The notes: generated from the sequence alone by a model not told the origin. Positions 31,020 through 40,541 are shown, counted from the first letter of the stretch. The stretch is 54,316 nucleotides of DNA from an uncultured Gammaproteobacteria bacterium (GCA_964493555.1 CAZBOQ010000085.1:1-54316); one strand, 5' to 3'. Made by a program: numbers and translations.

Positions 31020-32051
31020 ATGGGATGGTTAAGCAGCAAACGTAGCGCCGACGGCGGTTTCGAACCGTCACGCTTGTATCACTGGCTAAAACCTAGTGTT
31101 TCTGGGAACACGGTAAATGGTCTGGGCGAAACAAGCGTGCGGCGGCCGCGCCCGGTCTATCACTACGTATGGGTGAAACACCCGTGGCGGCGTTGGCAAA
31201 ACAGCTTCTATTTCCGTATATCGTTTTCCCTGGGGCACTTGCGCCAATTTGTTCGCGCACTCTATTTGCGGTACGCACCGTTGCGGCGGATAAATCCTCA
31301 AGCGGAGTCGGGCGCACCGGCACAATTGACTGAGGATCTCCGCGAATTCTTGCTCGCCCAAGGCGCCGGTGATGTGGCGGTGGCGAGGATGCAACCGGAA
31401 TGGGTTATGGAAGGCATGCAATGCACTGAGCCTTTTGTGGTCACCATGGCCATTCCCATGGATTATGAATTGATGATGCGCATGGATGAGTACGGCCGGG
31501 ACCTGCGAGCCGGCGTCCACGTCATCCAAAAATACAATGATGGCACCGCACTTGCCCGGCTAGGGGCGAACTGGCTACGCGAGCGCGGTTACCACGCGTA
31601 CGGTTATTGCGGCCCTGCGTCCGGCAAATTCACGTCGATACCGGCGGCCTTGGCTGGTGGCTTGGGCGAAATAGGCAAACATGGCTCGATAATTCATCGC
31701 AAGTTCGGCTCCAACTTTCGCATCGCCTATATTCTGACTGAGGCAGTGTTGCAGGAGGGGCAGCCGACGCAGTTTGGAGCGGATGAGTTCTGTACTAATT
31801 GCCAAGTCTGTATTAAGCATTGTCCGCCTAATGCGATTTCCAACGAAAAGCAGATCGTGCGAGGCGTGGAGAAATGGTATGTAGATTTTGATAAATGCGT
31901 GTCGTATTTCAACGAGACGTACGGCTGTGGTATTTGCCTGCCGGTGTGCCCCTGGAGCAGGCCGGGCGTTGGTGATGGTCTGGTCGCCAAGTTGGCCCGC
32001 CGAGCTAAGCGTAAAGCTGAGAAAGCGCGGGATGCCGCGGTTGACGCCTAA
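31020..32051 (+). CDS. 4Fe-4S dicluster protein of the epoxyqueuosine-reductase / reductive-dehalogenase-like family (N-terminus uncertain)
   Basis: Two ferredoxin-type motifs: CTNCQVCIKHCP and CGICLPVCPW. The preceding GGLGEIGKHGSIIHRKFGSNFRI resembles the QueG/RdhA core. Confidence 0.55.
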   Translation: MGWLSSKRSADGGFEPSRLYHWLKPSVSGNTVNGLGETSVRRPRPVYHYVWVKHPWRRWQNSFYFRISFSLGHLRQFVRALYLRYAPLRRINPQAESGAPAQLTEDLREFLLAQGAGDVAVARMQPEWVMEGMQCTEPFVVTMAIPMDYELMMRMDEYGRDLRAGVHVIQKYNDGTALARLGANWLRERGYHAYGYCGPASGKFTSIPAALAGGLGEIGKHGSIIHRKFGSNFRIAYILTEAVLQEGQPTQFGADEFCTNCQVCIKHCPPNAISNEKQIVRGVEKWYVDFDKCVSYFNETYGCGICLPVCPWSRPGVGDGLVAKLARRAKRKAEKARDAAVDA

Positions 32052-32072
32052 ATCAAAAACTCTCACATGCGA

Positions 32073-33554
32073 TTAAACGAATCGCAACAGCTCTTGTACC
32101 TCCGAGTCGGAACTAGCTGTTCCGAAGATGTAGCGATCCGGTCTAATCAAAACGGCGTTTACTGCGGTGCTATCGAACCAATCTTGAAGGCCGGTTGAAG
32201 CATCGTCGATTACTGCAAACTTTCTTGTGTTGATATTGTTGTCGGACTCAGCTGATAAATGCCGTCTAAATTCAGGTCGCAGGATAAGTGCCGGTCGGGT
32301 GCCGATTTTATCGTCAAGTAGCTCACCGGATTGCAATCTTGGTTGAGGGAATAGGTGGCCATGCCATTTCGTCTGGCCTCCTGACAACCCGGGCCCCAAA
32401 GTCGGTTTAAGTGTAGTGAGTTTTTGCGGCCCATCTGCTGGATCGGTAACGTTGCCCGCGATGATCGCCGAGGTTGTTTGATTGATCATTTGCCCCATCT
32501 GTATCGTGAGCTCGATAAACGCTTTGACGTGAGGGCGCCGTTCGCTTTGATAGGTGTCGAGTAAAGTAGCGGGCGCGCTCTGTTTCAGTACCCGCTCTAG
32601 TTTCCAGCCCAGATTAGCGGCGTCGCGAATGCCAGCGCACATGCCTTGACCCATGAATGGAGGAGTTTGATGGGCAGCATCTCCTGCGATAAACAGGCGA
32701 CCCTGGCGCCATTTTTCAGCGATAGTTGAATGAAAAGTGTAGATGGCTGTGCGCTCTAAATCTGCTTGGTCGGGGCCGATCCATCTTTCAATAAGTTGCC
32801 AGACATTTTTAGGCTTTCGAATTTCCTCTCTGTTGTCGCTGGGTTTCAGTCGAAACTCCCATCTTTTGCGTTTACTACCAACAAACACAGATGAGCCAGA
32901 ACGTGCTTCCTCACAATAGTGTAACGTTTCGCCGGTTGGTTCGGTTTCGGCTGTTTTCAAGAGGAGATCGATAATCAACCAGGACTCTCGAAACCCCAGA
33001 TCTTCGATTCCCGAACTCATACACGAACGGGTGAATGAGTGCGCCCCATCACAGCCGACCACGTATGTTGCGCGTAGTTCACACTGTTCATCGGAAGCGA
33101 TTTTGTTATAACGCAGAGTCGTACCGTACTCATCTTGTGTCAGCCCAGTCACATCAGAGCCCCAGCGCGTCGTCACACAAACGTAGCGTTTCAACCCTTC
33201 ACGCAAAATATTCTCTAAATCAGGCTGATGAAATCGGTAATTTACGCTCCAGTTGTTGGGGCTGAGTGATTTTGGTCGTAGCCAGGTCACCAGAGCCTTA
33301 CCCCCACTATCAACAAAGTGTGCGCTACCGCCGACTTCGGCGATCTCGCACACTCGCCCGGCGAGCCCCATGGTTTGAAAAACACGCATCACTTCGTCGT
33401 CAAAGGAACAGGCTCGAGGCAGACGATAGCCAGATGCCTCCTTGTCCAGAATGATAGTGGAGATGTCGAATTGACCGAGCATGTTGGCAAGCGCGCAGCC
33501 CACAGGGCCGTGACCGATAATGGCAACGTCAAATTGCTCGACTTGGTTGACCAT
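32073..33554 (-). CDS. FAD-dependent aromatic monooxygenase (MhpA / 3-hydroxyphenylpropionate hydroxylase-like)
   Basis: VAIIGHGPVGCALA ADP-binding fold, GCDGAHS, and FIAGDAAHQTPPFMGQGMCAGIRDAANLGWKL. 493 aa. Confidence 0.75.
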   Translation of the reverse strand: MVNQVEQFDVAIIGHGPVGCALANMLGQFDISTIILDKEASGYRLPRACSFDDEVMRVFQTMGLAGRVCEIAEVGGSAHFVDSGGKALVTWLRPKSLSPNNWSVNYRFHQPDLENILREGLKRYVCVTTRWGSDVTGLTQDEYGTTLRYNKIASDEQCELRATYVVGCDGAHSFTRSCMSSGIEDLGFRESWLIIDLLLKTAETEPTGETLHYCEEARSGSSVFVGSKRKRWEFRLKPSDNREEIRKPKNVWQLIERWIGPDQADLERTAIYTFHSTIAEKWRQGRLFIAGDAAHQTPPFMGQGMCAGIRDAANLGWKLERVLKQSAPATLLDTYQSERRPHVKAFIELTIQMGQMINQTTSAIIAGNVTDPADGPQKLTTLKPTLGPGLSGGQTKWHGHLFPQPRLQSGELLDDKIGTRPALILRPEFRRHLSAESDNNINTRKFAVIDDASTGLQDWFDSTAVNAVLIRPDRYIFGTASSDSEVQELLRFV

Positions 33555-33820
33555 CGTTTTTCAGGTTGCAGAAGTTACGGAGCCTGTCCCATGCGCGTTC
33601 AGCGAGCGTCAGTAAATAGTCTAGACTAACTAATGGTTAACAGCTGCGCATCGAAACAAACCGGCTTGAAGCAACGGAAGCTCAGCATTCCCGGTGAGCC
33701 GGTCACGAACGCTCACTCACCTCTATTCCTAAGTTGTGGCGCTGTGCGTTGAAGCCCACAGAAACGTAGGGGCGGGTTGGACTCACGTTGCGTTAGCTCG
33801 CCTGGTTTCTTCCTCTCGGT

Positions 33821-34660
33821 TCAGGAAGCCACGGCGCGAGGTTGTTTGGGTGGCGGTCCACCTCGCTTTAAGCGAGATTTGAACCGCAACACTTGGCAGA
33901 CTAGTGACGCATACCAGGGTTGGAGTGCTTTGACGGCGTGCTCGAAAGAAGGCCGTTGCATGAAATCTGAGGCCCAACGTCGGATGTTGGGATAGTTTTC
34001 GAAGTTAACCATCCCTACGCGCTGCATCAGAAAGTACTGCACGAACCAAGCAATGTCGGCGTAGGTGTATTGATCGCCAACTAACCAGCGATGCTGGCCA
34101 AGGTCCTTTTCGATACTATCGAAGAACGCAAAGATCTGTCGTTCTGCGGCTAGGATGTTACTCTCAGAAAAACCATCCAGCGATTGTTGATGAAAAGCGA
34201 TTAACGCTGGGTCTACCTGCTTAGTTTTGTAGTGTGCCATCTGTTCGGGTTTCTTGGAGGCACCAAAGGCCAACGAATACATATAGGTTTTGACTACGCC
34301 TAAGTGGTTGTCGGTCGCGAGATCCATCCACTTATCGACCTGCTGGCGCTGGGTCGGCTCTGATGGATAAAGCGCAGGTTCCGGAAATTGCTCTTCGATA
34401 TAGCGCAGGATATCCATCGACTCTGTGATCACCACGCCATCATGGATCATCGAAGGCACTAGCCCCTTGGGGTTGATCTTAAAATACGCGTCTTTGGTAT
34501 TCTCCTGCGTAAATAGGTTTACCGAATGCGACGTCCAATTGAGCCCTTTTTCCTCTAGCGCCAAACAAACGCGCTGCGCGCAGTTCGACATGTAGTACTG
34601 GTACACGTGTATCCCGCTCCTTGCATGGATCTCGGGATCAGTTGTTTCGAGGATGGGCAT
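33821..34660 (-). CDS. Glutathione S-transferase family protein
   Basis: Thioredoxin-like N-domain with INPKGLVPSM..DGVVITESMDILRYI, followed by a helical C-domain. 279 aa with a basic, proline-rich tail. Confidence 0.65.
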   Translation of the reverse strand: MPILETTDPEIHARSGIHVYQYYMSNCAQRVCLALEEKGLNWTSHSVNLFTQENTKDAYFKINPKGLVPSMIHDGVVITESMDILRYIEEQFPEPALYPSEPTQRQQVDKWMDLATDNHLGVVKTYMYSLAFGASKKPEQMAHYKTKQVDPALIAFHQQSLDGFSESNILAAERQIFAFFDSIEKDLGQHRWLVGDQYTYADIAWFVQYFLMQRVGMVNFENYPNIRRWASDFMQRPSFEHAVKALQPWYASLVCQVLRFKSRLKRGGPPPKQPRAVAS

Positions 34661-35038
34661 AGCTGAGGTTCCCTACCTTTGGCGAAGAGTGATGATAGCC
34701 CCTCGGTTGTGGCGCAGCAATCCACAACTCTGAGCGAGTTGCGGTGGTGCTAACGGCGTATCAAATTTATCAATGGTGGGTGGGGACATACAACTAACAA
34801 CTCGGGCGGGCTACGACATTCGGTTGGTTGACATCCGTCGTACTGAACAAGGTGTCGTGGAGAGGATTGTAAAACAGTAATAGGATTATTGGACTATGAT
34901 GAAAAGGACAGTTTTGAGGTCGACGATGATTTAAAGCACGATGCCTGTTCGAATATGTATGTAGTGAAGTTAAACATTGCTTTTCCCAGAAGGGTAGGGC
35001 CACCGAATAGCGTTCTGCTATGATCCGCCGTCCCTGAT

Positions 35039-35115
35039 GGCTATGTAGCTCAGCTGGTTAGAGCGCGGCATTCATAATGCTGAGGTCGGTGGTTCAAGTC
35101 CACCCATAGCCACCA
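35039..35115 (+). tRNA. tRNA-Met (anticodon CAT, elongator type)
   Basis: GGCTATGTAGCTCAGCTGGTTAGAGCG..., anticodon loop TTCATAA, T-arm GGTGGTTCAAGTCCACC, encoded CCA. Resembles E. coli elongator tRNA-Met. A lysidine-modified tRNA-Ile2 cannot be excluded from sequence alone. Confidence 0.85.
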
Positions 35116-35305
35116 TCCTAACGATTACTTAATGACCTCTCCGCAACATGGTTTGCTCGTTGCCAGTGGTTCATCATCGCGGGGATATTCACTACGATTA
35201 GCTCGTTTTCTTTTGTTGGTTTCGGCAATGGTTAAGTTCGGCGCGCTCCTTGCCTTCGCGAGGATGATGGTCAAGGTCTCGTTTTGTCGAGGATGCGATC
35301 TGACC

Positions 35306-36292
35306 TTAGAAGATCGCCGTTGGGTTTAAAGGGGATGAGGTGCCGCCTTCGATCGGTAGGGGGGAGGCGGTGAAGAGGAATTCCCAGCGCTTCACGCTGG
35401 CGGCTTTGTTTGCTACCGCTTCGAGGTCGAGGTTGTCGAGGATGGGCATGCCCATGGCGACGAGTAACAGTAGATGCATGGGATAAGGTTCTCCTTCGAT
35501 GCCGGAGGGCATGACATCACTGCCGAGGTCGCTGCCGATGACGGCGACTTCGCGATCGCGCAGCCATTTTGCGCAAGAGGGGTGCAAGCCTGCGCCGCCC
35601 TCGCTAGCAGGCCATGGGCCCTGACTAGCGCGGCGAGCCCAACGGCCGGTCCTGAGTAATAAGACATCGCCGGAACTGAGCTTTGTACCGCTATGCTCTT
35701 CCCAGGCTTCGAGGTCTTTCGGATAGAGGGTTTCGCCTGGCTCCAACCACGGCACGCCTCTCAACCGCGGTATGTCGATCAGTACGCCGCGGGTAAAGAT
35801 ACCATCTTTCAAGTTGTTGATGCCGAGTTTGGCGCAGCCTCTGTCGCTTAGCATCGTCGCCGTGTAGCCGTTATAAAGTTTACCGTTCTTTAACCGATGG
35901 CACAGCGCGTCGATGTGGCTGTGGGCGAAACCGTGGGGCGACACTTTGATAGTATCGAAGCGCCAATCTTCGGATCCGGGGAATTCCATTGTGGTCATGC
36001 TGTGTTCGTAGGGGCTGGCATTATCCGGCGTCTTATCTGTAAGGGCGTTATGCGCTAGTGACACGGGGACGCCCTCAGTAACGAGTTGTGCCGCGGCCTT
36101 GCGCCTCGCCGGAGTGATAAGATTGATAGTGCCAGCTTGGTCGTCCGGACCCCATCGTCCCCAGTTGGATAACTCTTTTGTCCAGCGCTCCAGTACTTCT
36201 ACCGTAACTATTTCTGCCTTCGCCGGTGCCACGCTTGGTAACAGTAAGATCGCGACCAATACTTTGACTGACTTCGTCTTTAGGCGTTTCAT
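35306..36292 (-). CDS. Secreted cyclase-family (kynurenine formamidase-like) hydrolase
   Basis: Signal peptide MKRLKTKSVKVLVAILLLPSVAPAKA. The His-rich PHGFAHSHIDALCH resembles the H-x-G-T-H-x-D-x-P-x-H cyclase motif. Confidence 0.55.
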   Translation of the reverse strand: MKRLKTKSVKVLVAILLLPSVAPAKAEIVTVEVLERWTKELSNWGRWGPDDQAGTINLITPARRKAAAQLVTEGVPVSLAHNALTDKTPDNASPYEHSMTTMEFPGSEDWRFDTIKVSPHGFAHSHIDALCHRLKNGKLYNGYTATMLSDRGCAKLGINNLKDGIFTRGVLIDIPRLRGVPWLEPGETLYPKDLEAWEEHSGTKLSSGDVLLLRTGRWARRASQGPWPASEGGAGLHPSCAKWLRDREVAVIGSDLGSDVMPSGIEGEPYPMHLLLLVAMGMPILDNLDLEAVANKAASVKRWEFLFTASPLPIEGGTSSPLNPTAIF

Positions 36293-36354
36293 TTTACGTC
36301 CTCCAGGACTCGGCGCTTACTAGATGGGTGGCCCTTGGGCTTAACCCTACTTTT

Positions 36355-37197
36355 CTAATGCGTTAAAAAGGCGATCACGAGCCGGTTAAACTCGTCACGC
36401 TTTTCATACTGAACGAAGTGTCCAGCCTCCGACCAAATGTGTACCTGTAGGTGTGGGATTTCGCTAAGCGCCCGGAGTACGCCTTCGACCGGCACCATCC
36501 AGTCTTGGCGTCCCCATAGGAGGAGCGTTTCAGTCTTAAGCTTCGCCACATCCCGCTCGAGATGGCTGAGCCGACTGCCGTCCACCAAGTGTCTGCTCGC
36601 TTCGAGGTGTCCCGGTGTCATGGCGGACTCGTAACGTCGCTCGACGAGTTCGACACTGCGCAGCTCTGGATCGGGTATGAAGAATTCCATAATGGCCTGC
36701 ATGTTTTCTTTCGTTGGGTTGTCCCAGAATTTACCCAATGCCTGGATCCCTGGCGACGGCCGCGGCGATAACATAAGCGGTTGACCAATAATCGAAGAGC
36801 TTGCCTGTAAAATGAGTTTGCCGGTGCGCTCGGGATAATTGAGTGCAAAACGCAATGCAAATGGCCCACTGAAAGATGATGCGTAAAAATGTGCGCGGTC
36901 TATCTCCAATATGTCGAGCAGTCCAGCCATCATGTCGGCGATATACTCGTCTATAGTCTCGTTATCGGGCACCCTAGCTGTCTTATCGGATTCGCCGAAC
37001 CCCGGCAGGTCGATGAGTAATACGCGAAAATGTTCGGCCAGCGTTTCGAAGTTGAAGCGTGTGTTATCCCAGGCATTGGCGCCAGGCCCGCCTCCGTGAA
37101 AGCACAGTAGTGCTGGGCCGCTGCCAGCTTCGTTGAAATGCAACTCGACGTCATTGACCACCACGAATCGATCGCTGGTGGCTTTGTCTGTGGTCAC
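36355..37197 (-). CDS. Alpha/beta hydrolase (meta-cleavage-product hydrolase, MhpC/BphD-like)
   Basis: LLCFHGGGPGANAW....RVLLIDLPGFGESD is the characteristic N-terminal pattern. The nucleophile elbow is atypical (ASSFSG). The GTG start overlaps the upstream stop as GTGA. Confidence 0.65.
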   Translation of the reverse strand: MTTDKATSDRFVVVNDVELHFNEAGSGPALLCFHGGGPGANAWDNTRFNFETLAEHFRVLLIDLPGFGESDKTARVPDNETIDEYIADMMAGLLDILEIDRAHFYASSFSGPFALRFALNYPERTGKLILQASSSIIGQPLMLSPRPSPGIQALGKFWDNPTKENMQAIMEFFIPDPELRSVELVERRYESAMTPGHLEASRHLVDGSRLSHLERDVAKLKTETLLLWGRQDWMVPVEGVLRALSEIPHLQVHIWSEAGHFVQYEKRDEFNRLVIAFLTH

Positions 37198-37766
37198 ACG
37201 TTTGCTCCGCGGTCGTTTTCTATTGTGTTCATGAGGCTTTGCGCCTTGCCTACCCAGTCTTTATTCACGTTAATTTGATTCTCCGCCCAACCTTCTTCGT
37301 AGTTACACAACAGCCGGACGGTCAATATGGTGTGGGTGAGTTTCCATTCGCCGTTAATCTTTTGCATCTCGTCCTCGTAAGCGCCAGCGAACAAGACCGG
37401 GTCATACTTGCCGGTGCGGCCGTTGTGTACGGTGGCGGCTTCCCACAGATACCAATTCGCGGTAGCCGTTTGCCCGTCCTTGCCGATTTCGACTTGTAAT
37501 GGAATGAGGCAGTGAAACATCCATGTGAACGCGTTGACCTCTAGGAACGCCCTGATCTCGTTATGTCCGGTCAGTACCAGACCAAAAGTCGGGATCTCCA
37601 TCACACCGTCTTCCGTATAAAGATTTATCAGCATTTCCATATCCATGAAGGGGTCCGCGGCGATTGCGGAGCGTTGTTTGAGTTTTTTTATCTCGTCAAT
37701 TGATTCCAACCGCTCGAGGCGTTTCAAGATTTCTACCGTAGTAGTTGTATCGCTCATGTTGTTCAC
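37194..37766 (-). CDS. SnoaL-like / NTF2-fold protein
   Basis: 190 aa. The leading LERLESIDEIKKL..... pattern is typical of SnoaL_4-type proteins. Its size is similar to ring-hydroxylating dioxygenase beta subunits. Confidence 0.5.
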   Translation of the reverse strand: MNNMSDTTTTVEILKRLERLESIDEIKKLKQRSAIAADPFMDMEMLINLYTEDGVMEIPTFGLVLTGHNEIRAFLEVNAFTWMFHCLIPLQVEIGKDGQTATANWYLWEAATVHNGRTGKYDPVLFAGAYEDEMQKINGEWKLTHTILTVRLLCNYEEGWAENQINVNKDWVGKAQSLMNTIENDRGANV

Positions 37767-37899
37767 CTATCGTGGATAGTCCGTTTGCAACATTGTGTCA
37801 AACGTCCGGCGCACAGTCTTGCAGCGGCGAAAAGGTCAAGTTCTGGTTAGAGACGGCCGGGAACCCGGATATACCTTTCTTTGTCCGCTTGTCATGTAC

Positions 37900-38221
37900 C
37901 GTACGCTGCCCGTCGAACCTGATACCGCTAGAGGCGTACTGCCTGGCGCCGCCAATCAAAGTATTCCGGAAGGAGAGGCGCCGCGCGAACGCAATCAGCA
38001 TATGGAGTCTGAACTGGAGCTCGCGGCCGCCTTTCAACCCGCGGTACTGCTTAGTGTGTTAAGGGTACGGACCCTGATGGATTACTACAGGGGCTCAGCG
38101 AGCATTTAGACGACCGCGCAGTTGCTACGATCCTCAATGACGATCGCTGTCAGCCGTTACTGGGGTAATTCCTGGTCCTTGGCGTTACTGTGCCACGATC
38201 TGCACAACGCCCAATACCGAT
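37900..38221 (+). pseudogene. Possible relic of a serine-recombinase 'recombinase' domain (interrupted by TAG at 38107..38109)
   Basis: One frame reads ...LMDYYRGSASI*TTAQLL....GNSWSLALLCHDLHNAQYR*. This loosely follows the recalled pattern Y..G.S...IA..L.....W....V..IL.N..Y.G. It runs antisense to both flanking genes in a 460-bp gap. Confidence 0.3.
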
Positions 38222-38227
38222 AGCGGA

Positions 38228-39328
38228 TTACAACGATGCGGCTACATGGCGGTGAATAGCGAGTAGATCTTCAATCTGTTCATTCGGGCGACGGCCGATA
38301 CCGCACTCGGTGGCGAGCCCGGTGGGTCCGTCGAAATGCCGTTTGAAGGTTTCCAGCCGCTTCAACGTGCCCGCTACGCCGTCAGTGTGGTGAACCAGGC
38401 CGGCATAGATAGCGGTATCACCGATATCCAGATCTCCCAATGGTTCGAAGTATGCATCGTCACTGCGATGACGCGGCACCGACATGTGCACGAAGTCGAT
38501 CGGTCGGATTGATTCCTCGTGTGCAGCATTGGCCATTTTGACACTGGCTAACAGATCTTCGGGATCTTTGAAATGCTTGTGGTGCAGGTCTCCATAGCAG
38601 AGATGTAACCCGAGTTTCGTCGAGTCTGGAACGACCGCATTCAACTCGCGAATAAAGCGCCGATAGCGCTCCATTGGATCGCCATGCGGTTTGAATTGCA
38701 TAGGCGGTGTGTCGGGCAAGTGATCGCCGTGCTCGATGGCGATGGTTTCCCAATTTATGTCCCACTGGATGACTAGTTCTTCCGGCGGGATGGCTTCGCA
38801 TAAACGTGCAACATCCCGTTTCAACACGTCGATGTAACAATCGACCATCAAGGCCAGCGAGTCGGCGTCGTTGGTGACCAGCCGGCAGGCGTCTTCGGGG
38901 AAGGGAAGACACTGTTGGAAACGCGTATCGGCAGGGAAAAGGCCGTCTTCGCGCAGGCGACGAAATAGCGCGTAGGACTCCGCGGCTTCGGCAGGGTAGC
39001 CGAGCGTGTCCACGGCTGAGAGTTTGCTTATCCCATCCTTTGCCGCGAACCACTGGAAATCGTGATAACCGCCGGGTACCCAGGACGGCATGCCGGGCAC
39101 CTGTTCCGCGGTCTCTCGCACCAGTTTCATATCCGGGTGACGGCGCCAGGTTTTCTCGGCTATGTAGAGTATCCAGAATCTCCGCATCCCCGGCTCCCCG
39201 TCAGATATACCGATGGCGAGATCGCCTATGGTCGATCCCAGCAAATGAAATACTTCGTCGGCGGTGTCGCGGGCAACGGCGCCGACTAGTAACACAGGTT
39301 TTTCTGCTTTCGACATTACTTTCTCCAC
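38228..39328 (-). CDS. MetE-like / UROD-superfamily zinc enzyme of unknown specificity
   Basis: LHLCYGD (H-x-C) and a late ECGIGRR resemble the Zn-ligand segments of cobalamin-independent methionine synthase (HMCY..., PDCGLKTR). 366 aa. Confidence 0.4.
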   Translation of the reverse strand: MEKVMSKAEKPVLLVGAVARDTADEVFHLLGSTIGDLAIGISDGEPGMRRFWILYIAEKTWRRHPDMKLVRETAEQVPGMPSWVPGGYHDFQWFAAKDGISKLSAVDTLGYPAEAAESYALFRRLREDGLFPADTRFQQCLPFPEDACRLVTNDADSLALMVDCYIDVLKRDVARLCEAIPPEELVIQWDINWETIAIEHGDHLPDTPPMQFKPHGDPMERYRRFIRELNAVVPDSTKLGLHLCYGDLHHKHFKDPEDLLASVKMANAAHEESIRPIDFVHMSVPRHRSDDAYFEPLGDLDIGDTAIYAGLVHHTDGVAGTLKRLETFKRHFDGPTGLATECGIGRRPNEQIEDLLAIHRHVAASL

Positions 39329-39589
39329 AAGTGCATTTCGGAGGTCAATCAGGTCCGATAGTAATACATCAAATCTGTCTTCGAATTGAAGACTGTTACG
39401 CCTAATAGATGACTATAATTACAGGCGAGATCTGTGTCGAAGGTCAGCGAGCGGAACCGCGGGTGTGCCCGTACGTGCGTGATACTTACTGTGAGCCTCT
39501 GACGTACTTAGGTGCCACCGTCGGCGAGCCGGAACCTATGTTTACAAGTACTACATCCCATGAGAACGTTGGATTCTTCTGACCTTTCA

Positions 39590-40453
39590 TCACACACCAA
39601 TTTGCGAAAACACTTTTTGTCCGAGCTCGCCTATCGGATCGCACAATTCCATGACGATGTCGAAATGATTGCGCTGAGCGGCCGCTACGTACGTACAGCT
39701 GAACCCGGCGTTACGCCACGCAGCCGCGTAATCATCGGTTTGCCGCTTGAACTCAGCCGTTTCGTTGCCGCCGTAGGAGACTATCAGCGGGCAGCCATGC
39801 TCCTCCGGCAGGTGATTGGCGGGGCTGTTCCGTTTCGCTGCTGCTTCATCCAAATTCATCCATGTGTTTGCTTCGGCACGTAACAAAGGCTCCAACTCGA
39901 ACAAACCACTTAATGCACAGGCGCCTTTGACAATGTCGGGCCGTACGCCGAACCCGCGATGCCAGCCGCTGGAGATAAGCATGCCTACCAGGTGGCCACC
40001 GGCGGAGCTGCCGCCGATATAGATGCGTTCGCGATCGACGCCGAAACTCTTCGCGTTGTCGTAAGTCCATGCGAGCGCGCGGCGGCATTGCCTGACGATT
40101 TCATCGAGGCTGGCCTCGGGCGCGAGGCTGTAGTTGACCGCAGCGACCGCGACTCCTCTTTTGGTAAACGCTTCTGCCATGAAAGACGATTCTTTCTGAC
40201 TGAGTGCGCGCCAGTAGCCGCCATGAATGAAAATGAACAGCGGCGCATTGTCTCCGGCTGGAAAAATATCAAGCACTTCGTCAGGTGAACTGCCGTAGGG
40301 GATGTCGACTCGACAATCTAGGGATTGGCGGCAGTGTTCACTCAACTGGGTGTAATTTGCGATTGCAGCCTCAAAGACTCCGTCGGAGACTGTGCCACGG
40401 GCGCTGTATTCGCGGTCCAAGGTTTTTTGGTCCATTTTTTTATACGCGGCCAT
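39590..40453 (-). CDS. Alpha/beta-hydrolase fold-3 esterase / arylformamidase-like
   Basis: FIHGGYW oxyanion motif and nucleophile elbow GGSSAGGHL. The ATG at 40453 is preceded by GAGGGAGAAAA; the ORF-track start at 40522 lacks an SD. Confidence 0.7.
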   Translation of the reverse strand: MAAYKKMDQKTLDREYSARGTVSDGVFEAAIANYTQLSEHCRQSLDCRVDIPYGSSPDEVLDIFPAGDNAPLFIFIHGGYWRALSQKESSFMAEAFTKRGVAVAAVNYSLAPEASLDEIVRQCRRALAWTYDNAKSFGVDRERIYIGGSSAGGHLVGMLISSGWHRGFGVRPDIVKGACALSGLFELEPLLRAEANTWMNLDEAAAKRNSPANHLPEEHGCPLIVSYGGNETAEFKRQTDDYAAAWRNAGFSCTYVAAAQRNHFDIVMELCDPIGELGQKVFSQIGV

Positions 40454-40541
40454 TTTTCTCCCTCGGATCCTGGGTAGCGTTATGATTTCCTCTCGCCGCG
40501 AGTCTGGTTTTCGCGGGAGCAACAGACTTCTCCTTACTACA

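Noticed and set aside
30514-31039. Three overlapping 86-102-aa ORFs in the tkt upstream gap
   Set aside because: They are mutually exclusive and have no SD, no motif I can recognise and odd composition. The region is reported as an unexplained non-coding or decayed stretch instead.
39512-39883. 123-aa plus-strand ORF and other plus-strand ORFs across 39.8-40.5 kb
   Set aside because: They are all antisense to the esterase/arylformamidase gene, which has clear catalytic motifs. They are shadow ORFs.
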